DNA of 64,000 nt from an uncultured Methanomassiliicoccales archaeon. GTDB lineage: Archaea > Thermoplasmatota > Thermoplasmata > Methanomassiliicoccales > UBA472. The stretch spans positions 1,536,001 to 1,600,000 of the forward strand of contig OY968769.1 in assembly GCA_963695345.1 (NCBI GenBank), written 5' to 3'. This document shows, piece by piece, positions 19,878-30,101 of this stretch (position 1 is its first letter; each line of letters opens with the position of its first letter). The notes beneath the pieces were generated by a model that was not told where the DNA came from, searched no databases, and saw only the letters and a list, made by a program, of their open reading frames with translations. A program made the translations under genes and the position numbers.

Positions 19878-21443
19878 TCATCCAGCTCTGTATCTTAGGA
19901 GCTCCCTCCAGAAAACTGGCGTGAGAATGACAAACACGGCGATGAACTCGAGCCTGCCTGCCCACATCGTTATCGTAAGGGTTATCTTGCCGAGGTCAGG
20001 AACGCCTGCAAAGGAGCCCATGGGGCCCATTGCCCCCATGCCCGGACCCACGTTCGACAGGGTAGTGATGGCGGCCGACATGGAAGTAGTCGGATCGATA
20101 CCCAATATTACCAGCACGATCGTGCATGCAAGTGCTGATATCAAGTAGCAGATCAGAACAGCCATCAACGATGATAGCACATTCTGGCTCATCGGCTTTC
20201 CATCCATCTTCGTGGTATAGACAGACCTGGGATGTACGGTCTTGTACAGGCTGGAATAGACGAACTCTCGGGTCAGCATTAGCCTGGCCACCTTGAGCCC
20301 TCCTGCCGTCGATCCCGTGCATCCGCCAATGACCATCAATCCAAAGAGAATGAACAAGGCTGCTTTTCCCCACAGTGCGAAGTCCAAGGTGGCAAACCCG
20401 GTCGATGTCATGGATGAAGCGACCTGGAACATCGATGTTCGGATCCAGTACTCAACGTTTCCGAGCGTCCCGTCCCATAGAAGAAGAAAGATCATGGCCG
20501 AAGCGATTATCATGAGACCCAGGTAGGTGCAGAACTCGGAGCTTCTGAAATATGTGCGGATCCGCCGTGACGATATGGCCGTGTGGTGCAGGTAGAAATT
20601 TACGCCTGAGATAAACATGAACACGATGACAGTCCATTCGGTGACCGGATTACCGTAGTAGGCTATGCTTTCCGAGTGCGGGGAGAATCCCCCAGTGGAA
20701 ACGGTGGAGAACATGACCACCAACGAATCGTAGATTCCGATCCCACTAAGTAACAGAAGAAGCAGAAGTGCCGCAGACAGACCAAGATATATGTCCGTGA
20801 ATTTTCTGGCTTCATCCTTTATGCGGAGCGAGATGCTGCCCTGACCGCTGTTGCTTCCGGGTGATTCGTTTCGAGTCAGGTATCGCCCCCCAACGCCAAG
20901 CATGGGGAGGACCGCAACGAATAGCAGGATGATTCCCGCCCCTCCCAACCACTGGGTGAGGCTGCGCCAGAACAGGAGGCTCTCTGGCCACGATTCGATT
21001 TTGGTCATGATTGAGGCACCGGTGGTCGTGAACCCGCTCATGGTTTCAAAAACGGCATCGATAGGCCCCATGCCATACATTATGTAAGGTAGCGCACCGA
21101 CCACCGATGCCATGAGCCACACCATGGCCACGATGAACATCGCCTCCGTTGACCTCAGTCTGCCAGACGATTTGCACCGGGACAGAACCAATACCCCGAT
21201 TATTCCAGAGAGTAAGATGGGAAATAACCAAGGCCTGACATCCTCCCCGTAGATAACGGCAACGGAAAGCGGGAGCAGCATTGAGAGGGCGAGATACAAA
21301 GACAGCAGCCCGAACATATGTGGAACGGGCCTTTCCTTACGTGCCAGACCTTCCTTGATAAGATAGAGGTTGATGCCCTTGACCTTCAGGGTCCGCTTGA
21401 TCTCCCTCTTGAGGTGTTTGAGGTTCTTTCCCGTTTCCATCAC
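19878..21443 (-). CDS. trkH: Trk potassium uptake membrane protein
   Basis: FETMSGFTTTG, QWLGG.G, STGGFS, GSTAGGLK, NVGPG, GRLE. Confidence 0.93.
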   Translation of the reverse strand: MMETGKNLKHLKREIKRTLKVKGINLYLIKEGLARKERPVPHMFGLLSLYLALSMLLPLSVAVIYGEDVRPWLFPILLSGIIGVLVLSRCKSSGRLRSTEAMFIVAMVWLMASVVGALPYIMYGMGPIDAVFETMSGFTTTGASIMTKIESWPESLLFWRSLTQWLGGAGIILLFVAVLPMLGVGGRYLTRNESPGSNSGQGSISLRIKDEARKFTDIYLGLSAALLLLLLLSGIGIYDSLVVMFSTVSTGGFSPHSESIAYYGNPVTEWTVIVFMFISGVNFYLHHTAISSRRIRTYFRSSEFCTYLGLMIIASAMIFLLLWDGTLGNVEYWIRTSMFQVASSMTSTGFATLDFALWGKAALFILFGLMVIGGCTGSTAGGLKVARLMLTREFVYSSLYKTVHPRSVYTTKMDGKPMSQNVLSSLMAVLICYLISALACTIVLVILGIDPTTSMSAAITTLSNVGPGMGAMGPMGSFAGVPDLGKITLTITMWAGRLEFIAVFVILTPVFWRELLRYRAG

Positions 21444-21447
21444 CCCG

Positions 21448-22812
21448 TCATGGATTAACTGGAATCTGGATATTAAGAATCCGTTCCAGGGCCGGTATGT
21501 CCGCCCTCACAGTGTAGAACAACACCGTATCGCCCTTCTCCAGGACCACTCCAAGATAGGGAACCTGGGCCCTGCCGTTCCTCAGGATCATTGCTATCGT
21601 CGTCCTATCTGGAAGTTCGATCTGTTCAATTGTAAGCCCTTTGAACCCGCTTCCTTCGTCCACATCGAGGCTGAACAGCATTTCGGAGAACGTCTCTAGA
21701 AAGAGCAATGCCTTGAAACCGGGGTAAATTATCCTGATGATCTCGTTCGCGACAACATGGTAATAGCCAATGTCCGCATCGATCTCGGACATGCTGAACG
21801 CGTCCTCATAGTCGCGTTTTGAATAGGAGGCGATAACCTTGGGGATGCCCAACTGTTTGGCGATAAGAGAGGTGATGAGGTTCTTATCCTCGTTCTCAGT
21901 CACCGCGAACAGTACATCAGCCATGCCTACATTCTCAGCTTTGAGGATGGAAGGATCGGAGCCATTGCCAATAACCACTACGGTCCTTTTCGACCTCTTG
22001 GAAAGGAAATTGCACCTCTTCTCATCCTCCTCGATGACCTTGATGGAGGAGCCTTTTGTTTCAAGCATATTTACCAGATGCTCTCCGAGTATCCCACCCC
22101 CAACGATGACAAAATCATTCATCCTCATCTTCCTGCCCAGATACTGGTCGAAGCTGGAGAGGCAATCGCTCCTACCGATCACGGTGACCTCGTCGCCTGC
22201 CACGAGCCTGTAGTTCTCATCAGGAATGATGGAGGTTCGTTCACGGTGGATGGCGAGAATCTTGCATCCCTCTGGGATAGGGAGCTGCATTGCACAGGAG
22301 CAGAAAACATGACTGAACAATCCAGATATCTGGAACTTACCCATGCTGACATCTATGCCAGGCAATTCCTCCCAATCGACTAGGTTTTCCATTTCGGCGA
22401 GTTTGATCATTTTTTCGGCGACTATGCGCTCAGGGGAGATGATGAAATCGACATTCATCATCTTAGAGACAGCTGTATTCCCCTCATACTCTGGATTTCT
22501 GACCCTGGCAACGGTAATGATATCCGCCTTTACCTGTTTGGCCACGGCGCAGGCGAACATGTTCACCTCATCCCTCTCGGTGACCGCTATCACAAGTTTG
22601 GTCTGTTCATCGATGATTTCACGCAGTACCTTTGGGCTGGCCCCGTTGGCGTTCATCGCTGCGACATCTAGATAATCCAGGATGTAGCCGAACTTGTCCT
22701 CATCCCCTTCGATAAGCATGATCGAGTGTTTCTTAGATAGTGTTCTGGCAATGGTATAGCCAATATTTCCTGCCCCGATGATGACAATCTCCGATGGCAA
22801 TGTCCATCCCAA
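21448..22812 (-). CDS. trkA: Trk potassium uptake NAD-binding subunit
   Basis: Two RCK Rossmann motifs, IIGAGNIG and IVGGGILG. Confidence 0.9.
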   Translation of the reverse strand: MGWTLPSEIVIIGAGNIGYTIARTLSKKHSIMLIEGDEDKFGYILDYLDVAAMNANGASPKVLREIIDEQTKLVIAVTERDEVNMFACAVAKQVKADIITVARVRNPEYEGNTAVSKMMNVDFIISPERIVAEKMIKLAEMENLVDWEELPGIDVSMGKFQISGLFSHVFCSCAMQLPIPEGCKILAIHRERTSIIPDENYRLVAGDEVTVIGRSDCLSSFDQYLGRKMRMNDFVIVGGGILGEHLVNMLETKGSSIKVIEEDEKRCNFLSKRSKRTVVVIGNGSDPSILKAENVGMADVLFAVTENEDKNLITSLIAKQLGIPKVIASYSKRDYEDAFSMSEIDADIGYYHVVANEIIRIIYPGFKALLFLETFSEMLFSLDVDEGSGFKGLTIEQIELPDRTTIAMILRNGRAQVPYLGVVLEKGDTVLFYTVRADIPALERILNIQIPVNP

Positions 22813-23216
22813 CCCACCTATGAAATATCGACAGGCTTGAAATAATTTTGCAGGATATTTAAAAAACTGACCACATCAGAATACTCTGAGGCACGAATCA
22901 ATGGATCAACAATCTGACAGTTGTCGTTAATCGCTTCTACTCAGTAATTTGATTTTCAAAAAATATGCTTGATATAAACCGACTCCTTTTCTAAAACCTC
23001 TTTCTGATGAGCAGCACCCGGCCGGCACCATTAGAACGGCGACATGCCTCAAACCATCAGAACAGGTGTATTGCCAGGTATGACAAAGAATATGCAGGAT
23101 CGGGATAAGAATGAGGCAGCCCATACTTGAAACGGCTAAGTCCATTTTTCATCCCTCCACGACCGAGAGGATTCCAGCGAAGAATTATACCTTGTAGGAT
23201 ACAATGATGCACTCAC

Positions 23217-24173
23217 ATGGTTCTCCTTCCACTGCTGGTACTGTTGGCCAGCATCCCCATTATCTATCTCGGCGCTAGATGGTTAGTGGGAGGGGCTTCG
23301 GAACTAGCCGCCCATTTCCGGGTACCTCCATTGGTAATCGGCCTGACCATCGTGGCCTTCGGTACTTCAATCCCCGAGCTTATGATTGGCATCGTGTCGG
23401 GATTGGAAGGGGTCAGTTCCCTTTCGGTGGGCAATGTCATTGGCTCCAATATTTCAAACGCTACCTACATAATTGGCTCGTGTGCGATCCTTACTCCGAT
23501 CGTAGTACGATTCAACGAGATCAAGCGAGAGGCTTTGTTCATGCTGCTCGCCCTCTGTGTCGTGACGCTATTCGCTGCCGATGGTGGCGTCAATGGGATG
23601 GAAGGAGGAATATTGGTCCTCATCTTCATCGCCTACTCCGTCCTCCTGGTCAGGTCACTATATTGTTGTCGGCCAACGAAATCGGTTCAGAACGAATTCA
23701 GTGAGGCAATGCCTAAGGAGGCCCCACTCTTCAAGACATTGTTTTTCTTGGTGTTCGGAACGGCCGTCCTCATTACGGGGACCGAACTTGCGGTCAGTTC
23801 TGCTTCGGATATCGCATCCGAGCTTGGGATCAGCGCGTTCCTGATCGGTGTGACCATCGTGACCGTGGGAACGACAGTTCCGGAATTCGCCGCAAGCCTG
23901 ATCGCCGCATACGGGAAAAGACCCGATATCGCCGTCGGAAATATCATAGGCACCCTGATATTCAATTCCACGATGGTGCTCGGGAGCGGGGCGCTGATCC
24001 GCCCCCTGGCGATTACTGGAGGCCAGATGCTGCTAGGGATCCTTCCGATGCTTTTATTTGGGATTTTGTTGTCTGGAATCGCCTACCGAAGGCAGACCGT
24101 ATGGAAACGGACAGGAGTGATTTTTGTGGTCCTATACATCCTTTATCTGGGCATGATCATTTCTTTCACCTGA
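23217..24173 (+). CDS. Calcium/sodium antiporter (CaCA, YrbG-like)
   Basis: Alpha repeats GTSIPE...GNVIGSN and GTTVPE...GNIIGT. Confidence 0.9.
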   Translation: MVLLPLLVLLASIPIIYLGARWLVGGASELAAHFRVPPLVIGLTIVAFGTSIPELMIGIVSGLEGVSSLSVGNVIGSNISNATYIIGSCAILTPIVVRFNEIKREALFMLLALCVVTLFAADGGVNGMEGGILVLIFIAYSVLLVRSLYCCRPTKSVQNEFSEAMPKEAPLFKTLFFLVFGTAVLITGTELAVSSASDIASELGISAFLIGVTIVTVGTTVPEFAASLIAAYGKRPDIAVGNIIGTLIFNSTMVLGSGALIRPLAITGGQMLLGILPMLLFGILLSGIAYRRQTVWKRTGVIFVVLYILYLGMIISFT

Positions 24174-24174
24174 T

Positions 24175-25440
24175 TCATGCTTTGGGCTCGAGTCCCGGGC
24201 CGTCCTTTGATTGCATATCCACGGGGCAAATATCTCCAATCTTACGCCTGAACGCCCATGTCAGCAATGGCGGTGCAATGATCGTCGTGGCCATGGACAT
24301 GAAGACCACCACCGAGAACATGCTTTGGGATATGACCGCCATGCCGAATCCGATCGATGCGACGATTATACCGACCTCGCCCCTCGGGATCATTCCCACT
24401 CCGATGATGGTGGCCGATTTACCTCCCAGCTTCCTTGACCCCAGGCCGCAGCCGATGTACTTTGTGGCGACGGCGAGCAGTGTGACCAGAATGGCAACTA
24501 TCAGGACATCTCCGAACGAGCTTAGGTTCACCGATATGCCGACGAACAGGAAGAAGAACGGGACAAGGAACTCGTTGATTGGATGGAAGCCCTCTTCGCA
24601 AGGCCACTTGTCCTTGAACTCGGCGAATGCCATACCGGCAAGGAAGGCCCCGATGATCGCTGCCAGGCCGACGAACGATGCGGCGAATGACAATGCCAGG
24701 CAGACTATGATGGCCAACGGCAACGGTGAGATGCCGTGGCGTTTCTGTTTGACGCATTGATCCGCCCCTTTCTTGAGCCTGTTCCGGGTGGCTATCTTCT
24801 TCCTTGCATGAGGGAGAAGGATCGACCCGATGAAGATTACCATCAGCACGAATAGGATTCCCTCCACTGAGACTAGGATTATGTCCAGTGGACCCGACCC
24901 TCCAGAAGCTACTCCGACCACAATTGCCAGCACTATCATTCCGAGCACGTCGTCGATGACCGCTGCACCTATGATGATCCTCGACTCGATGGTCTGGGTC
25001 AGGTTCATGTCTTTAATGACCCGGGCGGTGATGCCGACGCTGGTAGCGACCAAGGCTGCGGCAATGAACAATGCCTCGGTCTGACCATGACCGAGGGCCA
25101 TGATGAGCGCGAATCCGCTTAGAAGCGGGACGATCACCCCGAGGACGGCGACCTGCATGGCGATCCTGCCGACCTTCCGCAACTCGCTGAACGGAGTCTC
25201 CAAGCCCACGGCGAACAACAGGAATATGACGCCCAGTTCGCTGAGGATCTCGAACAGGCTCATGTCGAGATCGAGGCTCAGCCACTGAAAGAGGATGGTG
25301 TTCCCAACCAGAACACCGGCAAAAATCTCACCGATGACCGGAGAGACCTTGACCCGCTCACAAAGAAGGCCGGCGACCTTGGCCAGCAGGAACAGCACTA
25401 GCAATTGTAACAGGACGGTCTCGATCGCAATATCATCCAT
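24175..25440 (-). CDS. Cation:proton antiporter (CPA2, NapA/KefB-like)
   Basis: LLFAVGLE, ATSVGI, AAVIDD, GAFLAG, MIPRGEV. Confidence 0.9.
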   Translation of the reverse strand: MDDIAIETVLLQLLVLFLLAKVAGLLCERVKVSPVIGEIFAGVLVGNTILFQWLSLDLDMSLFEILSELGVIFLLFAVGLETPFSELRKVGRIAMQVAVLGVIVPLLSGFALIMALGHGQTEALFIAAALVATSVGITARVIKDMNLTQTIESRIIIGAAVIDDVLGMIVLAIVVGVASGGSGPLDIILVSVEGILFVLMVIFIGSILLPHARKKIATRNRLKKGADQCVKQKRHGISPLPLAIIVCLALSFAASFVGLAAIIGAFLAGMAFAEFKDKWPCEEGFHPINEFLVPFFFLFVGISVNLSSFGDVLIVAILVTLLAVATKYIGCGLGSRKLGGKSATIIGVGMIPRGEVGIIVASIGFGMAVISQSMFSVVVFMSMATTIIAPPLLTWAFRRKIGDICPVDMQSKDGPGLEPKA

Positions 25441-25677
25441 GGCGCGTTCCCATTCACGAATCGTAATGGATTATTTAATACGAAAGGTAGGCTGCGACCG
25501 GCACGATAATATTGTTGAATGCATCAATTCTATCCCCGGGCACGAAGCCCTCCGTCCGACGTGTCTGGTTCGGCCAAATCCAAAAACTAACCAACAGGTC
25601 GATTCTCGCCTTGGCATAATTACAATTTATTGTTAGTAGTGTATAAAGACGGTTCATACTGAATCCCACCAAGCATA

Positions 25678-26025
25678 ATGCTTATCAAGGAGCGCCTCCG
25701 TAAAAACCGTCAAGACCTGGTGAAGACTACGGATAAGTTCGATCAATACATGGAACAGATGAAGGGGTTAGGTCCAGAACAGGTACGGAACCTCATCGAG
25801 GAATACAAGAAGAAATGCATTTGCGCCTCCTGCCCCACCTACAATGAATGCGCGGCCCGCAAAAGGGAGCTTCTATACTGCCTTCTGGGCCGGAGCAAGG
25901 AATGCCAGCTTGACGAGCTGGGCTGTGTGTGCCCGGACTGCCCGGTGACCATTGATCTTAACCTAACCAATACCTATTACTGTACCCGGGGTTCAGAGCG
26001 GGAGATGCGCCGTCCGAAACAATGA
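25678..26025 (+). CDS. DUF2769-like Cys-rich protein
   Basis: CICASCPTY..C...LYC..G.S.EC...GCVCPDCPV...YYC..G. Confidence 0.75.
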   Translation: MLIKERLRKNRQDLVKTTDKFDQYMEQMKGLGPEQVRNLIEEYKKKCICASCPTYNECAARKRELLYCLLGRSKECQLDELGCVCPDCPVTIDLNLTNTYYCTRGSEREMRRPKQ

Positions 26026-26027
26026 TA

Positions 26028-26327
26028 TCAGTACTTCGTTGTCGGATCATCCAGCCGGCCAAGTTCCCTGCCATCCCCGATCCGCGGATGGTCTGAAACG
26101 CTGAGGCCAGCGTCCGTGGGGTCGTCGTTCGCCTGCGAACCTGTCGGCCCATTGTCCCGGTTCATACCGGATACCATGAGAATGAACCCCACCACACCAA
26201 GGAACACTGAGATCAGGCCGACGGGGACCAGATAGGGGGAATCAGACGAGCTGGAATAGTTCAAACAGAGCGCCATGCCCAGAAATCCGGACACGCTCAA
26301 TGTCAGCCCGCGAACGAAAAGCCCCAA
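26028..26327 (-). CDS. Hypothetical small membrane protein
   Basis: Two hydrophobic segments; TTG start preceded by GAGGT. Confidence 0.55.
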   Translation of the reverse strand: MGLFVRGLTLSVSGFLGMALCLNYSSSSDSPYLVPVGLISVFLGVVGFILMVSGMNRDNGPTGSQANDDPTDAGLSVSDHPRIGDGRELGRLDDPTTKY

Positions 26328-26479
26328 GATTTTACCTCATCCTTACTATTCCCGGCAACCTTAAAGTGCCTTCGCATCCGGTTATCAAACGCGAAGAAAC
26401 ATGACTATCATCCAGTTCTTTGCCAGTAATGCTCCGGTTTCTTGTCCAGAACACCGAAATCTATTAGCGATGGAGGGTT

Positions 26480-27916
26480 GTGCCTAGACACAGCATGAGA
26501 ATCTCCGGCTCGATGGCGCAGGGCGATGAAAAGCGGAAGTACATCATACTCGCCATCGTCCTGACCGGGGTGTTCATGTCGGTGCTCGACTCCGTCGTGG
26601 TCAACATCGCACTGCCCAGCATCACCAGCGATTTCCTGGTCAAGATATCCGATTCGCAATGGGTCATCACCATCTACCTGGTGGTGCAGACCAGCCTCCT
26701 GATCTTCTTCGGCCGCATCGCCGAGTACACGGGTAAGGCGAAGATGTTCATCATGGGCTTGGGCCTGTTCACCGTCTCATCACTTCTCTGCGGTGTTTCC
26801 GCCGGTCTGGAACAGCTGATCGTCTTCCGTATCATGCAGGGCATCGGCGCCTCCATGCTTTTCAGCATCGCCGCGGCCATCAATTTTCAGATCTTCTCCC
26901 ACCAGGAGCGTGGCCGGGTCATGGGCTTCCTCGGATCGACAGTGGCCGCGGCCGCCATGGTAGGTCCGGTGCTGGGCGGTTTCATCGTAGGCGCGTTGGG
27001 ATGGCGATACATATTCCTTATCAACGTCCCCATCGGCATCATCGCCTTCATCGCGGCGGTCAGGATGCTGAAGCTGGAGGAGAGGTGCGAGGAGTGCCTG
27101 AAGATAGATTACCCAGGGGCGGCCCTGTGGATCACCTCGGTGGTCACCCTGATGCTGTTCCTCGGACAGGTGGCCAGCGAGGGCGCGGTGACCGCGGTGG
27201 GCGGGACCTATGCGTTGACCTTTGCGGTCATGCTCGCTGGATTCATCCTATGGGAAAAACGCGCCGCCCTCCCGATGCTGGACATAAGCGTGTTCCGGGT
27301 TAAGGGTTTCACCTTTGCCGGGATAAGCATGATGCTGTTCTTCGCATCCTCCATCATGGTCACGGCACTGGGCCCGTTCTATTTCGAAGGTGTCCTGGGA
27401 TACTCGCCGGAACAGGTGGGTCTGCTATTCATGGTCCTGCCGGCCGTGATGGTCTTCGGGGCGCCGATCACCGGCAGGATGTATGACAGAACGCATTCCC
27501 GGTTCTACAGTCCGGCGGGGCACCTGGTCCGGGGCGTCTCCCTCTTCCTGATGGCGTACGCCTTCGTCAGCACGAGCCTCTGGCTGGTTCTGGCGGCGTT
27601 CTTCCTCATGGGCATCGGAAGCGCCTTGTTCCAGAGCCCGAACAACACCGAGGTGATGGTCGCCCTTCCGCGGGAGAAGGCAGGCATAGCCTCCAGCATG
27701 TCGGCCACGCTGAGGAATCTGGGCATGGCTCTGGGGGTTTCTCTGGGGACCATACTGCTCACTCTCCAGATGGGGGCGGTGGGCATGGGCCAGATCGACG
27801 GCGGGGCGGGGGTCTCGGTCCTGGCCAACGCGGTGAGCGTAATCATGGTGGTCAGTGGAATAATTAGCCTGGTCGGGGCGGTCCTATCTCTGAAAGGAAA
27901 CACGGTCCGGCAGTGA
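26480..27916 (+). CDS. MFS transporter, DHA2 (EmrB/QacA) family
   Basis: LDSVVVNIALP, GPVLGG...GWRYIF.INVPIG; about 14 TM helices; the real start may be 26495 or 26513. Confidence 0.9.
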   Translation: MPRHSMRISGSMAQGDEKRKYIILAIVLTGVFMSVLDSVVVNIALPSITSDFLVKISDSQWVITIYLVVQTSLLIFFGRIAEYTGKAKMFIMGLGLFTVSSLLCGVSAGLEQLIVFRIMQGIGASMLFSIAAAINFQIFSHQERGRVMGFLGSTVAAAAMVGPVLGGFIVGALGWRYIFLINVPIGIIAFIAAVRMLKLEERCEECLKIDYPGAALWITSVVTLMLFLGQVASEGAVTAVGGTYALTFAVMLAGFILWEKRAALPMLDISVFRVKGFTFAGISMMLFFASSIMVTALGPFYFEGVLGYSPEQVGLLFMVLPAVMVFGAPITGRMYDRTHSRFYSPAGHLVRGVSLFLMAYAFVSTSLWLVLAAFFLMGIGSALFQSPNNTEVMVALPREKAGIASSMSATLRNLGMALGVSLGTILLTLQMGAVGMGQIDGGAGVSVLANAVSVIMVVSGIISLVGAVLSLKGNTVRQ

Positions 27917-27951
27917 CCGCCGCGCCATGATATCCAGGCGAGCCCTTCAGC

Positions 27952-29337
27952 TCATGGATATTTTTCCTGGGACATGCGCAGCGGGTCGAAGATCTCCTTC
28001 GCTTCCTTCCTGCCGAGCAGCTTCCTCTTCACCGCCAGCTCCGGGATCGAGATCCCGGTCTCCATCGATTCCTTGGCCAGTTCGGCCGCCCTGAGATATC
28101 CGATCCGGTCGCTGAGTAGTGTGGCCAGGATAGGATTCATGGCGATGTACGAGGAGCATTTCTCAGTGTTCGCGGCGATCCCTTCCAGGCACTTCTCTCG
28201 GAAGTCCGGGAGGTAACCGATCAGGAGGTTCAGCGATTCCAGTATGTTGTGCGTCATCACCGGCGTCATGACGTTCAGCTCGAGCTGACCGGCCTGAGCG
28301 GCCATGGCGGTGGCGCTGTCGTTTCCGACCACTTGGAAGCAGACCATATCGAGGCATTCGGCCATTACCGGGTTGACCTTCCCAGGCATCATAGAGGAGC
28401 CCGGTTGGACCGCCGGCATCGACAGCTCGGCCAGCCCGGTGGTCGGACCGGAGTTGAGGAGGCGGAGGTCATTGGCTATGCGTATCAGTTCTAGTGCCAG
28501 CTCCCGCAGCGAGGAGGAGAATGCGAGCATTTGGGAGCGGGACTGAAGCGCCTCGAAGGGGTCTCGCGCGGAGATGAACACGCGGTGGCACATCATCGAG
28601 AGGTTCTCGATCACCAGGTTCCGGTACCCGTTCCCGGTGTTCGCCCCGGTTCCCACCGCCGAACCTCCGATCGGCAGTTCCAACAGATCATCCTCCCGCT
28701 GCCCGATCCTGCCTCTTGACCTGCGCACCGCCGAGGCGTAGGCACGGAACTCGTTCCCCATCCTGATAGGTAGGGCGTCCATGAGATGGGTCCTTCCGGA
28801 CTTGGCCACTCCCATGAGTTCGTTCCCCTTGTTCTCCAAGGAGAAGGCCAACCGGTCCAGCTCCCGCTGCAGCTGGTCCGCCCGGTCAAGGATCGCGATG
28901 TGGGAAGCGGTAGGGAACGTGTCGTTGGTGCTCTGGGACATGTTCACGTGGTCATTGGGGCTGATGGCCTCGTAATCTCCCTTGGAACGGCCGGTGATCT
29001 CCAGGGCGAGATTGCATAGCACTTCGTTCACGTTCATGTTGAAGGAGGTCCCGGCTCCCGCCTGGAAGACATCGACCGGGAACTGGTCCAGGTGCCTTCC
29101 TTCAAGGACCTCGTCGCAGGCGGTCACGATGGCGATGCCGATATCCTCGTCCAGGTCGCCGGTCTCCATGTTCGCCATGGCCGCCGCCTTCTTCACCTTG
29201 ACGTAGGCATGTACCATCTCTACCCTCTCCCTTCTGCCGCTGGCCCGGAAATTGTCCATCGCCCGTTTGGTCTGGACGCCGTAGATCGCATCGTCTGGCA
29301 GCTCCATCTCCCCCAGTGAGTCCTTCTCTTTCCTCAT
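27952..29337 (-). CDS. Aspartate ammonia-lyase / class II fumarase family protein
   Basis: YGVQT.RA..NF, GTSFNMN, DHVNMSQSTND, GSSMMPGKVNP. Confidence 0.88.
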   Translation of the reverse strand: MRKEKDSLGEMELPDDAIYGVQTKRAMDNFRASGRRERVEMVHAYVKVKKAAAMANMETGDLDEDIGIAIVTACDEVLEGRHLDQFPVDVFQAGAGTSFNMNVNEVLCNLALEITGRSKGDYEAISPNDHVNMSQSTNDTFPTASHIAILDRADQLQRELDRLAFSLENKGNELMGVAKSGRTHLMDALPIRMGNEFRAYASAVRRSRGRIGQREDDLLELPIGGSAVGTGANTGNGYRNLVIENLSMMCHRVFISARDPFEALQSRSQMLAFSSSLRELALELIRIANDLRLLNSGPTTGLAELSMPAVQPGSSMMPGKVNPVMAECLDMVCFQVVGNDSATAMAAQAGQLELNVMTPVMTHNILESLNLLIGYLPDFREKCLEGIAANTEKCSSYIAMNPILATLLSDRIGYLRAAELAKESMETGISIPELAVKRKLLGRKEAKEIFDPLRMSQEKYP

Positions 29338-30101
29338 GGTCTGTCCTCCGTTCCTTTCCTGTCCTTCATCAGTTCCTGCCTGGCCCTTCCGATCGCGATG
29401 TTCGGAGGCACATCCCTGGGGCAGACCTTATTGCAGTTGGTGTAGAAACGACAGGCCCACCATCCATGCGGTTCGTCTTCCGCCATCAACCTTAGCCGGC
29501 CCTCTCTTTCCCGGGGGTCTATCGCGAAACGGAAGAGCTTCGCCAGTGCCGCCGGTCCGACATAGTCCGGATCGATGGCGTTTACCGGACAGGCACCGTA
29601 GCAGGCCGCGCACATGATGCAATTGGTGTAACGTTCCAGCTCCTTCACCGCATCGGAGCCCATCAACGATTCCCTTTCGCTGGAGCCCTTGGTCAGCAAC
29701 ATCGGCCTGACCTTCCGGTACTTGGCATAGAAGCTCTCCATGTCCACCACCAGGTCCTTGATCACTGGCATGTTCGGGAGGGGCTCTACCAATGCTTCGG
29801 TCACCGGGTCCCAGCCCGCCGTAGCGACGATCGAATCCGAATGGGTCAGTTCCATCGTCTTCTCCCCGATCAAGCCGGCCAGCTGAGTTCTGCAGGCCAA
29901 CCTCGGTATCTTGTTTATCAACATGGCGCAGCTTCCGCACACCGCCCCCCGGCATGAGTAACGGAACGAAAGTGAATCGTCCTGCCGGTCATGTATCTGG
30001 AAGAGGGCGTCAAGAACGGTCATGCCCTTCCTCTCCTCGACCTCATAGACCCGGTACACTGCCTCCTGATTCGGGGCTTTTCGGAAGATCCTAACCAGCA
30101 T
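29334..30101 (-). CDS. sdhB: Succinate dehydrogenase/fumarate reductase iron-sulfur subunit
   Basis: SCRGAVCGSC, CIMCAACYGACP, C.....CNKVCP. Confidence 0.92.
   Translation of the reverse strand: MLVRIFRKAPNQEAVYRVYEVEERKGMTVLDALFQIHDRQDDSLSFRYSCRGAVCGSCAMLINKIPRLACRTQLAGLIGEKTMELTHSDSIVATAGWDPVTEALVEPLPNMPVIKDLVVDMESFYAKYRKVRPMLLTKGSSERESLMGSDAVKELERYTNCIMCAACYGACPVNAIDPDYVGPAALAKLFRFAIDPREREGRLRLMAEDEPHGWWACRFYTNCNKVCPRDVPPNIAIGRARQELMKDRKGTEDRP

Noticed and set aside
23000-23065. CTGATGAG inside a TTCTGATG...CATCAGAA inverted repeat (hammerhead ribozyme or c-di-AMP riboswitch near trkA)
   Set aside because: I could not build the required GAAA core and three stems, and ydaO consensus elements are missing.
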